In this document: one piece after another, positions 25,421 to 35,274 of the stretch | Layout: the number at the start of each line of letters is the position of its first letter | Position numbering within the stretch: position 1 is the first letter of the stretch | Origin: a virus | Taxonomy: Duplodnaviria > Caudoviricetes | IMG/VR virus record: IMGVR_UViG_3300011443_000023 | Coordinates: 1-44,737 of that record | DNA: 44,737 nt | Strand: one strand, 5' to 3' | Notes under the pieces: model-generated | Told to the model about the DNA's origin: nothing | The model's input: the letters and a program-made list of their open reading frames with translations, nothing else | The model's database searches: none | Program-made: the position numbers and the translations under genes

Positions 25421-28400
25421 TTATTTTGAAGCGGCGGCGCGGACAGCCGCCGCCTTGACCTCGGCTTCTTTCTTCAACTTCTTCGCGACCTCTTTCGCCT
25501 CCTTCAAGTCTTCTGGAATCGCCTCCTGCTTCGCCTCTTCCACATCCTTCTCTTCCTTCCGTTCCTTCCGCAACTGCTTCGCCCCGGCTTCCCCCTCGGT
25601 TTCGACCATGGCGTCAAGCGTGCGGAACAGGTCGGTGGCAACGTGCGCCACCGATGCCATGGCGGCGATCCGGTCGTCTGCCATCGCCATCCCGCTCATG
25701 AGCGACTCGACCTTCCTGATCGTCTCCTCGATTGGCTCGCCACTCTCGATTGCCTTGGGCAGGCTATGAATTGCCTCGGCAGCATCGACCAGACCCGAGA
25801 GCAGTGATCCCTCTGGCGCGAATTGCCCGGTCGCTTTTGCCGCCGCCAATTCGATTGCCTCCCCGAGGATCGGCAGTCCCTGAAGCGGGCCCGTGAGCGC
25901 CGCAAATGCGAGCCGCTTCGGCGACCAGTTCTTTTCGTCGAACCACTCTTCGTCGTCGTCGTCCCGAATATCCCGAAAGATGTTCCGGATGATTTGGGCA
26001 GCCAGGCCACCCACTCCCCAGGTCAGCGCGAGCACCTTGGCCGCCTGGGCTGGATTCTTCCAATCGGCGGCGGCCCACGCTGCCATGGCCAATTTCTGGC
26101 GCGCCTCGGAGGCAAACGCCCAACTGGCGCGGAAGATCGGATTGGTCGAGGTAGCCTCGAGGATGCTGCGTTGTGCCGCGCGTGTCGGTTGAGCCACCCG
26201 GTCAGTCGCTGCCTCCGCGGCAGAGTGGGCATAGGAATCCGCTGCGGCGCCATAGATCCCCTGCTTCTCCGCCTGGCCGTGATGGTAATCGAAGAGGATC
26301 GCATACGTCCCGGCGGTAAAGAGCGCGTCCGCGCCGGAGATAAGCCGCCCCATGCGGGCGACCTCGTGCCTGAGCCGTGAGGGCTCGCCCGCTTCCAACC
26401 CCATCATCCCCTCGCGCACCACTGCCGGCATCGTCGCCAGGCGCCGCTGGATATAAGGCGAACGCAGAGCGGCTCCCCACTCGAGGTTTCCTGTCATCAA
26501 TTTCCCGAATCGCGCAAGGTATGCCGGCAGCGGCATTTGGACCGACGCTGCGGCGAGCTGCGTCGACTGGATCATCAGCGTCGATGCCCGCCCGATGAGC
26601 GCCGCACCGCTGGCCCGCCGGACCATCCGGTTGAGCGAATTGTTGATTTCAAGATGCGCCTGTGCATCGCGCGTCCCGCCCTCGGTGAAGTAATTGACCC
26701 ACCCGCGCAACACGCTCTTTGCCTGCTCCCCGCCCTTTGCTTCGACGCTGTTGCCCACGCCGCGGTCGTTCAGCAGCGCGGACATCTCAGGCGCCAGCCC
26801 ACCGTACGCCCGCCAATGGATCATTTGTTTCCGGTGCCCGATGAATAACTGCAGGGCATCCTTAAAGTCCGGCTCGGCGACCGCCGTTTGCGACCTGGTC
26901 CGCAGACTGCCAGGCGTGAGGCTGGACCCAGCCGGTTGCGTCATGCCGCTGACCGGGTCGACCATCTGCCCCTCTTTCGCGAACGCCGGAGTCACCGAAA
27001 GCGGCGAGTAATTCGCATGCTGCGGCAGGTTCACCCCGTGCCGCTCGCGGAAGAGCGGGTTGAGCGTCTCCCACTCGTCGGCGTATTCGTTCGAGAGGTA
27101 ATCGCGCACCGCCTTCGCCTCGTCGCTCAGTTGCTTCTCGATCGAATCGACCCACGCCTGGTCGTAATGCCACTCACCAGTCGGCTGGCCGTTCTCATCG
27201 ATCTTCCCCTCCATATGCCGGCGACCGTCCGGCTGCCGCCACATCATCGTCGCCTGGATTGCCTCGAGCGGGGACATCTTGCCCGCGCGACCGCCATCGA
27301 GCGTGCGCTGAGACAATTCCCACCGCAGCCGCTCGCCCCGGTAAACACTGCCGCCAGCCAGGCGGGTAAATAGATCCTGGAGCGCATCCGCCATTCCCTG
27401 CTCCTCGTCCGCCTTCTGATTCGAGGCCGTGCTCTCTTCCTCGAGAAGCCGCTTGCCGACCGTCGAGTCTTTCCCAAATGCGAAATTCATCACCTGCTCG
27501 AACGAGGAGAGATTGAGTGCCCACTTTTTAAGCATTCCGAGGAACCCGTTTTGCCGGTCAAATTCCTCTTTCCGTTCGCTGAGTGGCCCGAGCCCGCCGG
27601 TATCGGTGCGCAGTGAAGCACGTTCCGTAGCGCGCCGCTCCCGTTGCCTGACCTTGTGTGCAGTCCACGCGAGCAGCCCGTCAGCGAGCGTCTTGTGGGC
27701 GGCATCGACCGCTTCCGCCATGCGCGCTGCGTCCGCGTTCTTCCAGTCGCCGAGCAGTTGAGTCAGTTCCACCTGCCGCTCGATCATCGCCTCTTGCTCT
27801 GGCGTGATCGTGCCATCGGCCAACCCCTGGGCGAGTTGCGTCGCGAGATCAGAGACACGGCCTGCCACCTGATCCGCCGTCATCCCCTGCACATCGCGCA
27901 GCGCGTCGAACAGAGCATGCACGTCAGCGCCGGCCTTGCCCGCCGGCTTCTTCCCTGCCTCCTTCTTCGGCTTTGCCCGCTCGAATATCTTCGCGAGTTC
28001 CTCGGTGTATTCCTTGCGCAGGTGTTGCTCGAGCACCTTGTCGAGCTTCTCGACGCGGGTGCGCAGCGCCTCTTCCCGCGCCTCGTTCGTCGTCGCTTTC
28101 GCCACCGAATAGAACCCGCCCACCTTGCCGCGGACCTCCGGCGGAAACTGCATCAGGATGGCATCGAGCGTCGCCAGCGCCCGCATCACTTCTCCCTTCT
28201 CCCGGCCGGCTTGTTTGCGCGGCAGTGCCGCCCGCTGCTTCGCCGCCCACTCTCGCGTCTCGGTCGCCGCCGTGCGCTTCGCCTCGGCCACTTCCGCCTT
28301 CGCCTCAGTCAGCGCCTTTGCCATCCGCCCGGCCTGTGCCAGTTCCTCGCGAATCCCATCCCACAAGGCATCGGGAGTCGGTTCAGCAATCAGACCCGCT

Positions 28401-31400
28401 TCAAATGCCTCCTGGGCCGCAGTGTCCGGCCCTTCGGTGCCGCCGCCAAATAGCCAGGACGGCAGCCCTTGGGCCCCGTCGTATTCCCCCCGAAAATCTC
28501 TCCCGGCTTTCCGGGCCGCGCTCTTGGAAAGCAACGTGCCGCGGAAAAATTTCTCCCCTGGTTTCTTGACCAGAAAGCGTGAGATCAGCGGGCCATTCTG
28601 CGCCTGCGCCAACTCGGGTTGACTCAGAATCCCACCGAGCCGGTTTTCGATCTCCCCGACCAATTCATCCTCCCGCGCCTTGCGCCGCTCGATCCGCTCA
28701 CGCTCGATCTCCGCGACACGCAACGCGCCAATCGTCGAATCATTCTCGCGCATCGCCCGCGCCATGCCGGCGACCTGTTCCTGCGCCCGCTGGAACATCC
28801 GTTGGCGCTCTTTCGGCGGGAGTCCTTTTGCCTGAAGCTGCGGGGCCAGGCGCTCGAGGTAATCCGCGGAGGCGATGGAGAAACTGGTTATTGGCGCTTC
28901 CGGAGTCCACCCGTCTTTCCATCTTTGGATGAATCCGGCAAGTTTGCCGATTTTTGCGCCCTCCATCATGACGGCGGCTCTTTTCCCGCTGTCATCTTCC
29001 ATGTCCAACGCCGCCTCGCCACCGCTCTCAACCAGCAAATCGGCGAGGCGCGCTTTTTGTGCGGCAGTGATACCGTTCCGGCCATGTAAGGTAATCGCTC
29101 CGCTCTTGTCGATGCGCACGGCTCCCATCGCCATAAATTCCACCATCGGCATCCATGTCTCCTTGTAGTCGGGCATTCCCTTCCACTCGATCTCCCTGTG
29201 ATCGGTGCTCCGTTGACCCTTCATCCAATCCCGTTCGCCGTTCTTGGGGACGAAGTAGTCACCCTTGCGAACATATCCGGCATCGGCTCTGCCGGTGAAG
29301 TCTAGCAGCCTTCCATCAGGTAAAATATAGCCCGCTTCCGCAATGTCTCGAGTCAGGCCAAACCGCTCAACGGCGGAGGCAAATGCCTCTTGTGGGGGGA
29401 TGGTATTTTCTGGCCGAGCCGCGAGGGAGAACGCCCTCCCGCCCTTGGCCGGCGCTATCGAGAAAGCCGCGCCGCCGCGTGCGACCACATCCGCTGCCTC
29501 CGCGGCCGCCGGGCCCCCGGCTTCGACCACGGCCTCATTGTGCGCCCGCTGCTCGTCCAGCCCAAGGAGCTTGTCCACGAACTGCGTGTAGTCGTCTCCT
29601 TCGAACAGCTTCCCCTCCCTCCGCGCTTTGCTCACGACCGCCGCCGCGCGGAACATCTGGCCGAAATAGTCGCGGGCCGCCCGCAGGAACGCGCGGAATT
29701 TCCCGAGCGCAGTCACCTCCTCTGGCTTGGTGGCGCGCCTGATTGCCTCATCAACCCCGCGGGTGATGGCGCCAGCAGGCAGTCGCCCCCCGTCCTTGCG
29801 ACGTCCCAGGACGTCCGCGACGACCAGTTCCGACACCGTCTCCCGCAGTTCGGTCGCGGTCCCCTCGCCTCGAGCGACTCGCTGCACCCGCTCGCGAAAG
29901 GACCGGTCTTCCGCCGTGCGCGCCCTGGCCGGATCAAATAGCTGCGCCGCATCGGCAACGAACATTTTTGCCTCCTGCTCAGTGATCGTCCCGCGCGCCA
30001 TGCCGGCACGCAGCATCGCCTCCGCCCGCTCATGCACCTGGGTCAGAACACCACGCGAGCCGGCATGTTGGCGGGTCGTCAGTGAAACGACCAAGTCGTT
30101 CACATCGCCAGCCATCCGCTGCCGCAGTTCATACTCGTTTTCCCCCAGGATTACCGCCGCCGCGGCCCGCTCTCCCTCCGGGCGCATCGCCATCTCCTGG
30201 TGCAAATTCGCCAGCGACTCAGCGTCGAATGTCACCACCCGCGCCGACCCGCCAGGCCGCACTGCAGTGACCCCTTCCTCTGTCGCGACCACCACGTCCC
30301 CGGTGAATTGCTGGCGCGATTCCCGGTCCTTCGCCGCCACGTCGCCGGCGGCAAACGATTCTGCCAATTCCACCATGGCGTCCGCTTCCTGCTGCGCCCG
30401 GACCATCCGCAGATCATCGACCAGCACGCGCGCCGCGTCCGCACTCTCGACCTTCGTCCGAGTCCCGTCATTGAGCACCACCTCCCACCCTTCCGGGGTT
30501 CGCTCGACAGCGGCCACGCCTCCCTCCGTGAATGACCGCTGCTGATCCTCCGCTGCCGTGCGAATCTCTTCGGCCAGCGCCTTCGAGTCTTGGGGTTTCC
30601 GGGTTTTCAGCCCCTCCATCCATGCGGTTTTAATTTCCTCGGGAGTCGTCGCCACCACCAGTTTATCCGTCGCTTCAGGCGTGAACCCCGCCCGTTTCGC
30701 CTCCGCAGCCCGCCGCACTCTCGGCATGTCCCCCATGCCGCCCAACGCGAAGACGATCGAGACCGCAAGCGTCGCCGGGTCAGTGACCGTTTCCTGTAGC
30801 TGCGCGATCACTTCGGCATCAGGAACAGGCGCCCCGAGCGCGTTCGCCGCATCTTGGACGATCGCCGGAATCGCTTGTTGAATAACCTCCTGACCCCATT
30901 GCTCGGTTGCCTCAACCGCGACGCCCGCAGCCAGGCGTTTGGCTATCGCAGATTCCGCAAGCCCTCCGATGATGGCGCGTTGAACGCCACCCAGCGGCCC
31001 CTTCGCGAGCCCGAAAGTTGCTTTCTCGATCGCTCCCATCGCCACGCCGGCAGTCGGTGCCAGCCGCGCCGCCCACTTCTCTGCTTCGGCCTCATCAACT
31101 CCGGCCTTGAGCGAATCCCGGCGAATCGCATCAAACGCATCATTTTCGAACTGACCGACGAGCGCCCAAGGAGTAGCCGCGCCGGCCACGATCACGCTCG
31201 GGATAGACCCCGCAACCGCCAGAGCCGAGCGATCCAACCATCCTCCACCTTCCCGCGCAATCGGTGCGATGTTCTCTTGCCGCAGATTCCTCAGGCGATT
31301 GACGACCCCTTTGTATCGATTCTCCTTCGCGAGTTCCTCGCTCGTTTTGGCATCACCGCCTCCTGTGACTCCCGTGACTGTAAGCCCCGAAATAATCGCA

Positions 31401-32311
31401 TCCATCCCGCGATTTGCCGCCATCGCCGCCCGCGCAAAAATTCCTTCCTGCTTCTCCGGTGGGAGTAGTTTCGCCCGGGCCGCCACCGCGCCCAGGATGG
31501 CGTCTACTTCCTCCCGTGGCCGCTCGATCAGACGTTCCGCGAGTGGACCATATTCCGCAGGCAGAGGATCAACGTCGCCAGCCAGGAACCGCCACACGAG
31601 GTTGACCTCGTCACGCATCAGCGGTGTTATGCCCTCGCGCGCTTTGCTGACGGCCGCGAGGTAATCAGCTTGGTACTTGCCGGCCGCGAACATATCGTAG
31701 CCAGGCAGTTTTTGCGCCTCCTCCTGCCACTTGAGAAATGACGGCCGCTGATCGGGGGCCATGTCCATCCCTTCGAACGCCGCCGCCCGCTGCGCCGCCT
31801 GTTCGATCGACTGGTAAAGAGCCCGTGTGTCCTTCCCCTTCTGTAGCCACGCCTTCGTTTCCACGTGGAACGCCGCATCGTCCCCCTTCCCGCGCCCGTT
31901 GTAGAGTTTCGCCGCCAGGCCATCGCGCAACAATTCATAATCTCGTTCCGCCGTCTCTGGATCGACCGCCGGCATCATGTGCCGGATGAAACTCCGGTTC
32001 TGAAGGTCGCGCTTCCGGGTCTCTTTTTCCGGCCCGTCGGACATCTCGACCGTCGGCAGTGCCGTGCCGGCCGCCGCCGCGTCGAAGTCATCGAAGATCG
32101 CCTCTACCTGCTGGCGTTCTGCCAACGCCGCCCGCTGCTCGTCGGCCGAGAATGGCCGCGGGAAATGCTCCCGGAAGTTCCTGTATTCATTGAGCTTCGC
32201 AGCAAACAGAGGCTTATCTTCCACGGGCGCCGCGTCGAAGTGAGCGGAAAGCGTTTCCGCGTCCTCGTCGGAGAGCAACCCGATCGGAGTCTTGATGAAC
32301 AGCAAGCTCAT
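25421..32311 (-). CDS. Giant internal virion / ejection protein (2296 aa, polyvalent-protein-like)
   Basis: Last and largest of three helical proteins between nozzle and tail fibre (T7 gp16 position); Ala/Glu-rich, Gly-rich hydrophobic stretch, inserted globular domain. Confidence 0.8.
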   Translation of the reverse strand: MSLLFIKTPIGLLSDEDAETLSAHFDAAPVEDKPLFAAKLNEYRNFREHFPRPFSADEQRAALAERQQVEAIFDDFDAAAAGTALPTVEMSDGPEKETRKRDLQNRSFIRHMMPAVDPETAERDYELLRDGLAAKLYNGRGKGDDAAFHVETKAWLQKGKDTRALYQSIEQAAQRAAAFEGMDMAPDQRPSFLKWQEEAQKLPGYDMFAAGKYQADYLAAVSKAREGITPLMRDEVNLVWRFLAGDVDPLPAEYGPLAERLIERPREEVDAILGAVAARAKLLPPEKQEGIFARAAMAANRGMDAIISGLTVTGVTGGGDAKTSEELAKENRYKGVVNRLRNLRQENIAPIAREGGGWLDRSALAVAGSIPSVIVAGAATPWALVGQFENDAFDAIRRDSLKAGVDEAEAEKWAARLAPTAGVAMGAIEKATFGLAKGPLGGVQRAIIGGLAESAIAKRLAAGVAVEATEQWGQEVIQQAIPAIVQDAANALGAPVPDAEVIAQLQETVTDPATLAVSIVFALGGMGDMPRVRRAAEAKRAGFTPEATDKLVVATTPEEIKTAWMEGLKTRKPQDSKALAEEIRTAAEDQQRSFTEGGVAAVERTPEGWEVVLNDGTRTKVESADAARVLVDDLRMVRAQQEADAMVELAESFAAGDVAAKDRESRQQFTGDVVVATEEGVTAVRPGGSARVVTFDAESLANLHQEMAMRPEGERAAAAVILGENEYELRQRMAGDVNDLVVSLTTRQHAGSRGVLTQVHERAEAMLRAGMARGTITEQEAKMFVADAAQLFDPARARTAEDRSFRERVQRVARGEGTATELRETVSELVVADVLGRRKDGGRLPAGAITRGVDEAIRRATKPEEVTALGKFRAFLRAARDYFGQMFRAAAVVSKARREGKLFEGDDYTQFVDKLLGLDEQRAHNEAVVEAGGPAAAEAADVVARGGAAFSIAPAKGGRAFSLAARPENTIPPQEAFASAVERFGLTRDIAEAGYILPDGRLLDFTGRADAGYVRKGDYFVPKNGERDWMKGQRSTDHREIEWKGMPDYKETWMPMVEFMAMGAVRIDKSGAITLHGRNGITAAQKARLADLLVESGGEAALDMEDDSGKRAAVMMEGAKIGKLAGFIQRWKDGWTPEAPITSFSIASADYLERLAPQLQAKGLPPKERQRMFQRAQEQVAGMARAMRENDSTIGALRVAEIERERIERRKAREDELVGEIENRLGGILSQPELAQAQNGPLISRFLVKKPGEKFFRGTLLSKSAARKAGRDFRGEYDGAQGLPSWLFGGGTEGPDTAAQEAFEAGLIAEPTPDALWDGIREELAQAGRMAKALTEAKAEVAEAKRTAATETREWAAKQRAALPRKQAGREKGEVMRALATLDAILMQFPPEVRGKVGGFYSVAKATTNEAREEALRTRVEKLDKVLEQHLRKEYTEELAKIFERAKPKKEAGKKPAGKAGADVHALFDALRDVQGMTADQVAGRVSDLATQLAQGLADGTITPEQEAMIERQVELTQLLGDWKNADAARMAEAVDAAHKTLADGLLAWTAHKVRQRERRATERASLRTDTGGLGPLSERKEEFDRQNGFLGMLKKWALNLSSFEQVMNFAFGKDSTVGKRLLEEESTASNQKADEEQGMADALQDLFTRLAGGSVYRGERLRWELSQRTLDGGRAGKMSPLEAIQATMMWRQPDGRRHMEGKIDENGQPTGEWHYDQAWVDSIEKQLSDEAKAVRDYLSNEYADEWETLNPLFRERHGVNLPQHANYSPLSVTPAFAKEGQMVDPVSGMTQPAGSSLTPGSLRTRSQTAVAEPDFKDALQLFIGHRKQMIHWRAYGGLAPEMSALLNDRGVGNSVEAKGGEQAKSVLRGWVNYFTEGGTRDAQAHLEINNSLNRMVRRASGAALIGRASTLMIQSTQLAAASVQMPLPAYLARFGKLMTGNLEWGAALRSPYIQRRLATMPAVVREGMMGLEAGEPSRLRHEVARMGRLISGADALFTAGTYAILFDYHHGQAEKQGIYGAAADSYAHSAAEAATDRVAQPTRAAQRSILEATSTNPIFRASWAFASEARQKLAMAAWAAADWKNPAQAAKVLALTWGVGGLAAQIIRNIFRDIRDDDDEEWFDEKNWSPKRLAFAALTGPLQGLPILGEAIELAAAKATGQFAPEGSLLSGLVDAAEAIHSLPKAIESGEPIEETIRKVESLMSGMAMADDRIAAMASVAHVATDLFRTLDAMVETEGEAGAKQLRKERKEEKDVEEAKQEAIPEDLKEAKEVAKKLKKEAEVKAAAVRAAASK

Positions 32312-34107
32312 TCCGAAAACGGCGGAAGGAGTGAATCACCGATCTCTCCAGCACCCTCAGGCAGCGGGATCGTGCGCATCTGGTTTCGCCGCGCCTGATC
32401 CTCAGCCCCCTCAATCTCGCGTTCCTTCTTCGTCTTCGGCTTGAGCTTCGGCGGTTCAACCCCAGGAGGCACGCTTGCCACCGGCTCGACCATGCCCGGC
32501 GTGAGCCGCCTTTTGATCGCCTCGAAGTCAACGCCGGCCGGCGGTGTCGCGGGTGCCGGTTTCTTCATCAGAGCATCGACATCCTTCGGCAGAAGCGCGG
32601 CATTGGTCGCCTTGAGCATCTCGTTTTTCGCCTCTGGGAATGTCGCCTCCGGATGATCCTTCAACCACTGGTCCATGTGCAGTTGAGCCCTCCCGTAATT
32701 GAGCCGAGCGGCGTCACGGCCAGGAGGATTCTCGACCTCCTTCATTTTCACGACATAAGTCCCCGTCGCGGCGTCGTAGACCTTGTCGCCAGTATACCCG
32801 GCCTCATCGGGCGCATACGGCACCTTCTTGGTGATCCCACCGACCCGCATGTCATTGAACCGGCCATCGTTATACCACGACTTGAGCGTGTCCCCAATGA
32901 AGTCTTTCACTGGCGCCGCAGCCTTCGGGCCGCCCTCGCCAGTGTATTTGCGGTTCAGTGGCTCCGTCACCTCGCCGCGGAGTCCTTCCGGTAGCAGCAC
33001 CTTGATCCGACTGTGAAGCCGCGCGTACTCGTCGTCCGCTTTCGGGTCACCCCGCTTGCCCTTGAATTTGTCCGACTCCTCAAGCAGCGCCGCGTAATTT
33101 TTCGCCACTCCATCCTCGGAGAAATTCTCCGCCTTCCATTTCGCGTTCTGAACCTGCTTGAGCAGTTCCTTTTGATGACCAAGCGCCGCATCAGAGAGCC
33201 GCCCCGCCGCGATCTTCTCGATGTCCTGATCAGTCATCTTCGGCGCGTCAGGCCCCGCCAAGGCGTCCGCGATCTCGTCGCTGGCCGAGCGCGTCCACAC
33301 TCCCTTGACCTCGCGGGCCGCGCTCTGGCCGTGCCGCCATGCTGAGTATCCAACTGGATCCTCCGGAGGTTGCTGGTTCTCCTTCAACCACGTGTCAGGA
33401 TCCGCCGCAGCCTCCATCCTCGTCTGGTTGACCTGTCGTTGCTCCTGCTTCGCCTTGGCAACCTCTTTGGTGTGCGCTTTCTGTTTTGCCCCGACTCCCT
33501 TGCTGATCAGCCCCTTGCTTACTGCCTCGTCGGTCTGCGCGTCCGCAGCCTCCGGGTTCCCAGCCTCCGCGAACGTCTGCCGGCGCACGTCGAATTCGAG
33601 TGCCTCGCTCTCTCGAGAGCGCGCGAAGGCAGCCTGCATCGTCTCGCGCACGGTGTAGGATTTCCACCGGATCCATTTCTGATTGATCTCCTCGTGCGCG
33701 TCAGGCGACAAGTCCTTGGTCAGGATTTGTTTCTGGAACGCGTCCGCCTGCTCCGAGGCGAGTTTCACCCACTTGGTGTCATCCGGCTCACTGGCGACTT
33801 TCTCGGCGATTTCCTGCGTCCCCTCGATCATGCGGTTCTCCGCCTCCATCACGCGCCGGTTATTTACCGAGCGCGCCATCTCCGCAGCCATCTTGTCGAT
33901 TGCGCCGGCGCCCTTCTGCAATCCCTCGCCGAGTTGCGCCCCGCCTATCCCTTCCACAATGAATCCCTTCGGGTCGATCTTCGTCGGCTTGCTTGCTGCT
34001 ACCAGTTCGCCAAGGTCCACCCGGAACCCGCGGGCCCCTGCATCCATCTGCGGCACCGGCGGAGCTTTGAGCATCCGCTCACGGTCAACTGTGTAAATCT
34101 TTGGCAT
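32308..34107 (-). CDS. Internal virion / ejection protein (T7 gp15 position)
   Basis: 599 aa, helical; MPKI start; synteny. Confidence 0.7.
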   Translation of the reverse strand: MPKIYTVDRERMLKAPPVPQMDAGARGFRVDLGELVAASKPTKIDPKGFIVEGIGGAQLGEGLQKGAGAIDKMAAEMARSVNNRRVMEAENRMIEGTQEIAEKVASEPDDTKWVKLASEQADAFQKQILTKDLSPDAHEEINQKWIRWKSYTVRETMQAAFARSRESEALEFDVRRQTFAEAGNPEAADAQTDEAVSKGLISKGVGAKQKAHTKEVAKAKQEQRQVNQTRMEAAADPDTWLKENQQPPEDPVGYSAWRHGQSAAREVKGVWTRSASDEIADALAGPDAPKMTDQDIEKIAAGRLSDAALGHQKELLKQVQNAKWKAENFSEDGVAKNYAALLEESDKFKGKRGDPKADDEYARLHSRIKVLLPEGLRGEVTEPLNRKYTGEGGPKAAAPVKDFIGDTLKSWYNDGRFNDMRVGGITKKVPYAPDEAGYTGDKVYDAATGTYVVKMKEVENPPGRDAARLNYGRAQLHMDQWLKDHPEATFPEAKNEMLKATNAALLPKDVDALMKKPAPATPPAGVDFEAIKRRLTPGMVEPVASVPPGVEPPKLKPKTKKEREIEGAEDQARRNQMRTIPLPEGAGEIGDSLLPPFSE

Positions 34108-34110
34108 GGG

Positions 34111-34848
34111 TCAGAGTATCGCCTGGCCGTATGACGCCGACTTGCGCGGCGTCCGGCGATACAGGTTGTAGCCACTTTCCAATCCGCTGCCGACATCGCC
34201 GAGCAGCGAGCCGACCGCAGCCGAACGGCGACCGGCCGCCCCCGCCCGCTCAGAATAAAGGTCCAATTGCGCCTGCGTTTGGCCAGCGGCTGCCTGCGCC
34301 CGTGCCGCCGCCCCGCCGGCCAGCGCGCCGATCCCCGAAATTCCTGCCAGCGTCCCCTGGGTGCGCTGCATGGCGGCCTCGCGGAAAAGCGATCGCCGGG
34401 AAATTTCATCCTGGTATCGGAACTCGTCCGCCATCCGTTGTTCTTCCTCTGCACTCGAGGCAAGGAGTTGGAGCGGCGAACCAGTCGTATCGACAAACCC
34501 GGATTTCGCGATCTGCGCCCGCTGGATTGACATTGCCCGCGCCATCGCCTCCCGCCCTCGCCGGGTGTTCTCCATGCTCACCCGCGTTCCCACCTCCGCC
34601 TGCTGTTCGAGCGCCGTCGCATTGGCCACCGCCGCCTGCCTATCTTTGTCCGCCAGGCTCTGGTTGATCATCGCCTGCATCGACGCCACCTCCCCTTGCT
34701 GCTTTAACGCCTGCGTCTGCGCCTGCGCATTGGCCAGGGCGATCGCCTCCTGCGCGGCCGCCGCGCGCGTGCTCGCCGAATAGGATACGCCCGCACCGAC
34801 TGCCCCCATGACAAGGGCGGCGATACCAAGCACAGTCTCAACGCCCAT
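34111..34848 (-). CDS. Internal virion / ejection protein (T7 gp14-like)
   Basis: Hydrophobic Gly/Ala N-terminus, QRAQIAKSGF..TGSPL motif, Ala-rich. Confidence 0.8.
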   Translation of the reverse strand: MGVETVLGIAALVMGAVGAGVSYSASTRAAAAQEAIALANAQAQTQALKQQGEVASMQAMINQSLADKDRQAAVANATALEQQAEVGTRVSMENTRRGREAMARAMSIQRAQIAKSGFVDTTGSPLQLLASSAEEEQRMADEFRYQDEISRRSLFREAAMQRTQGTLAGISGIGALAGGAAARAQAAAGQTQAQLDLYSERAGAAGRRSAAVGSLLGDVGSGLESGYNLYRRTPRKSASYGQAIL

Positions 34849-35273
34849 CAGTCGATCCTCCTCATCATCGTGATCATCCCCTCGGCCGCCCGCTTGTAGC
34901 CGGCATGCCGCTCGAGCACTCTCGCAATCGACCGAATCGTGTGCGCGATCAAAAGCCCGTGATTCCCGCGGAGTCTCAGGGTTTCCGCAATCGTCTCCTC
35001 AGCCATGCTCAGCGCACGCGTCGCCAGAACAGGCCCAATCCCAGGCTTGGTGCAGGGGAACTCAAGGAAAGCCACACCAATGCCGTACGATTCATAACAC
35101 CAGAGCGCGGCAACCGGCTCGTCGTTCAGTTCGACGACTAATCCCAATGGCGGCAGCAATGTTTCGGCAAATACCCTCCTGTTCCCACGCGCCCTCCACC
35201 AGTCGGAAATCGTCTGGAAGTCGCCCGCCTTGCTCGCGTAAGGACGCACCTGCAACACGTCTGTTGGTGCCAT
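34848..35273 (-). CDS. GNAT-fold-like virion assembly protein (T7 gp13 position)
   Basis: ISDWW..R...LPPLGLVVE...PVAALWCY...VAFLEF; between the nozzle and gp14-like genes. Confidence 0.6.
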   Translation of the reverse strand: MAPTDVLQVRPYASKAGDFQTISDWWRARGNRRVFAETLLPPLGLVVELNDEPVAALWCYESYGIGVAFLEFPCTKPGIGPVLATRALSMAEETIAETLRLRGNHGLLIAHTIRSIARVLERHAGYKRAAEGMITMMRRID

Positions 35274-35274
35274 C

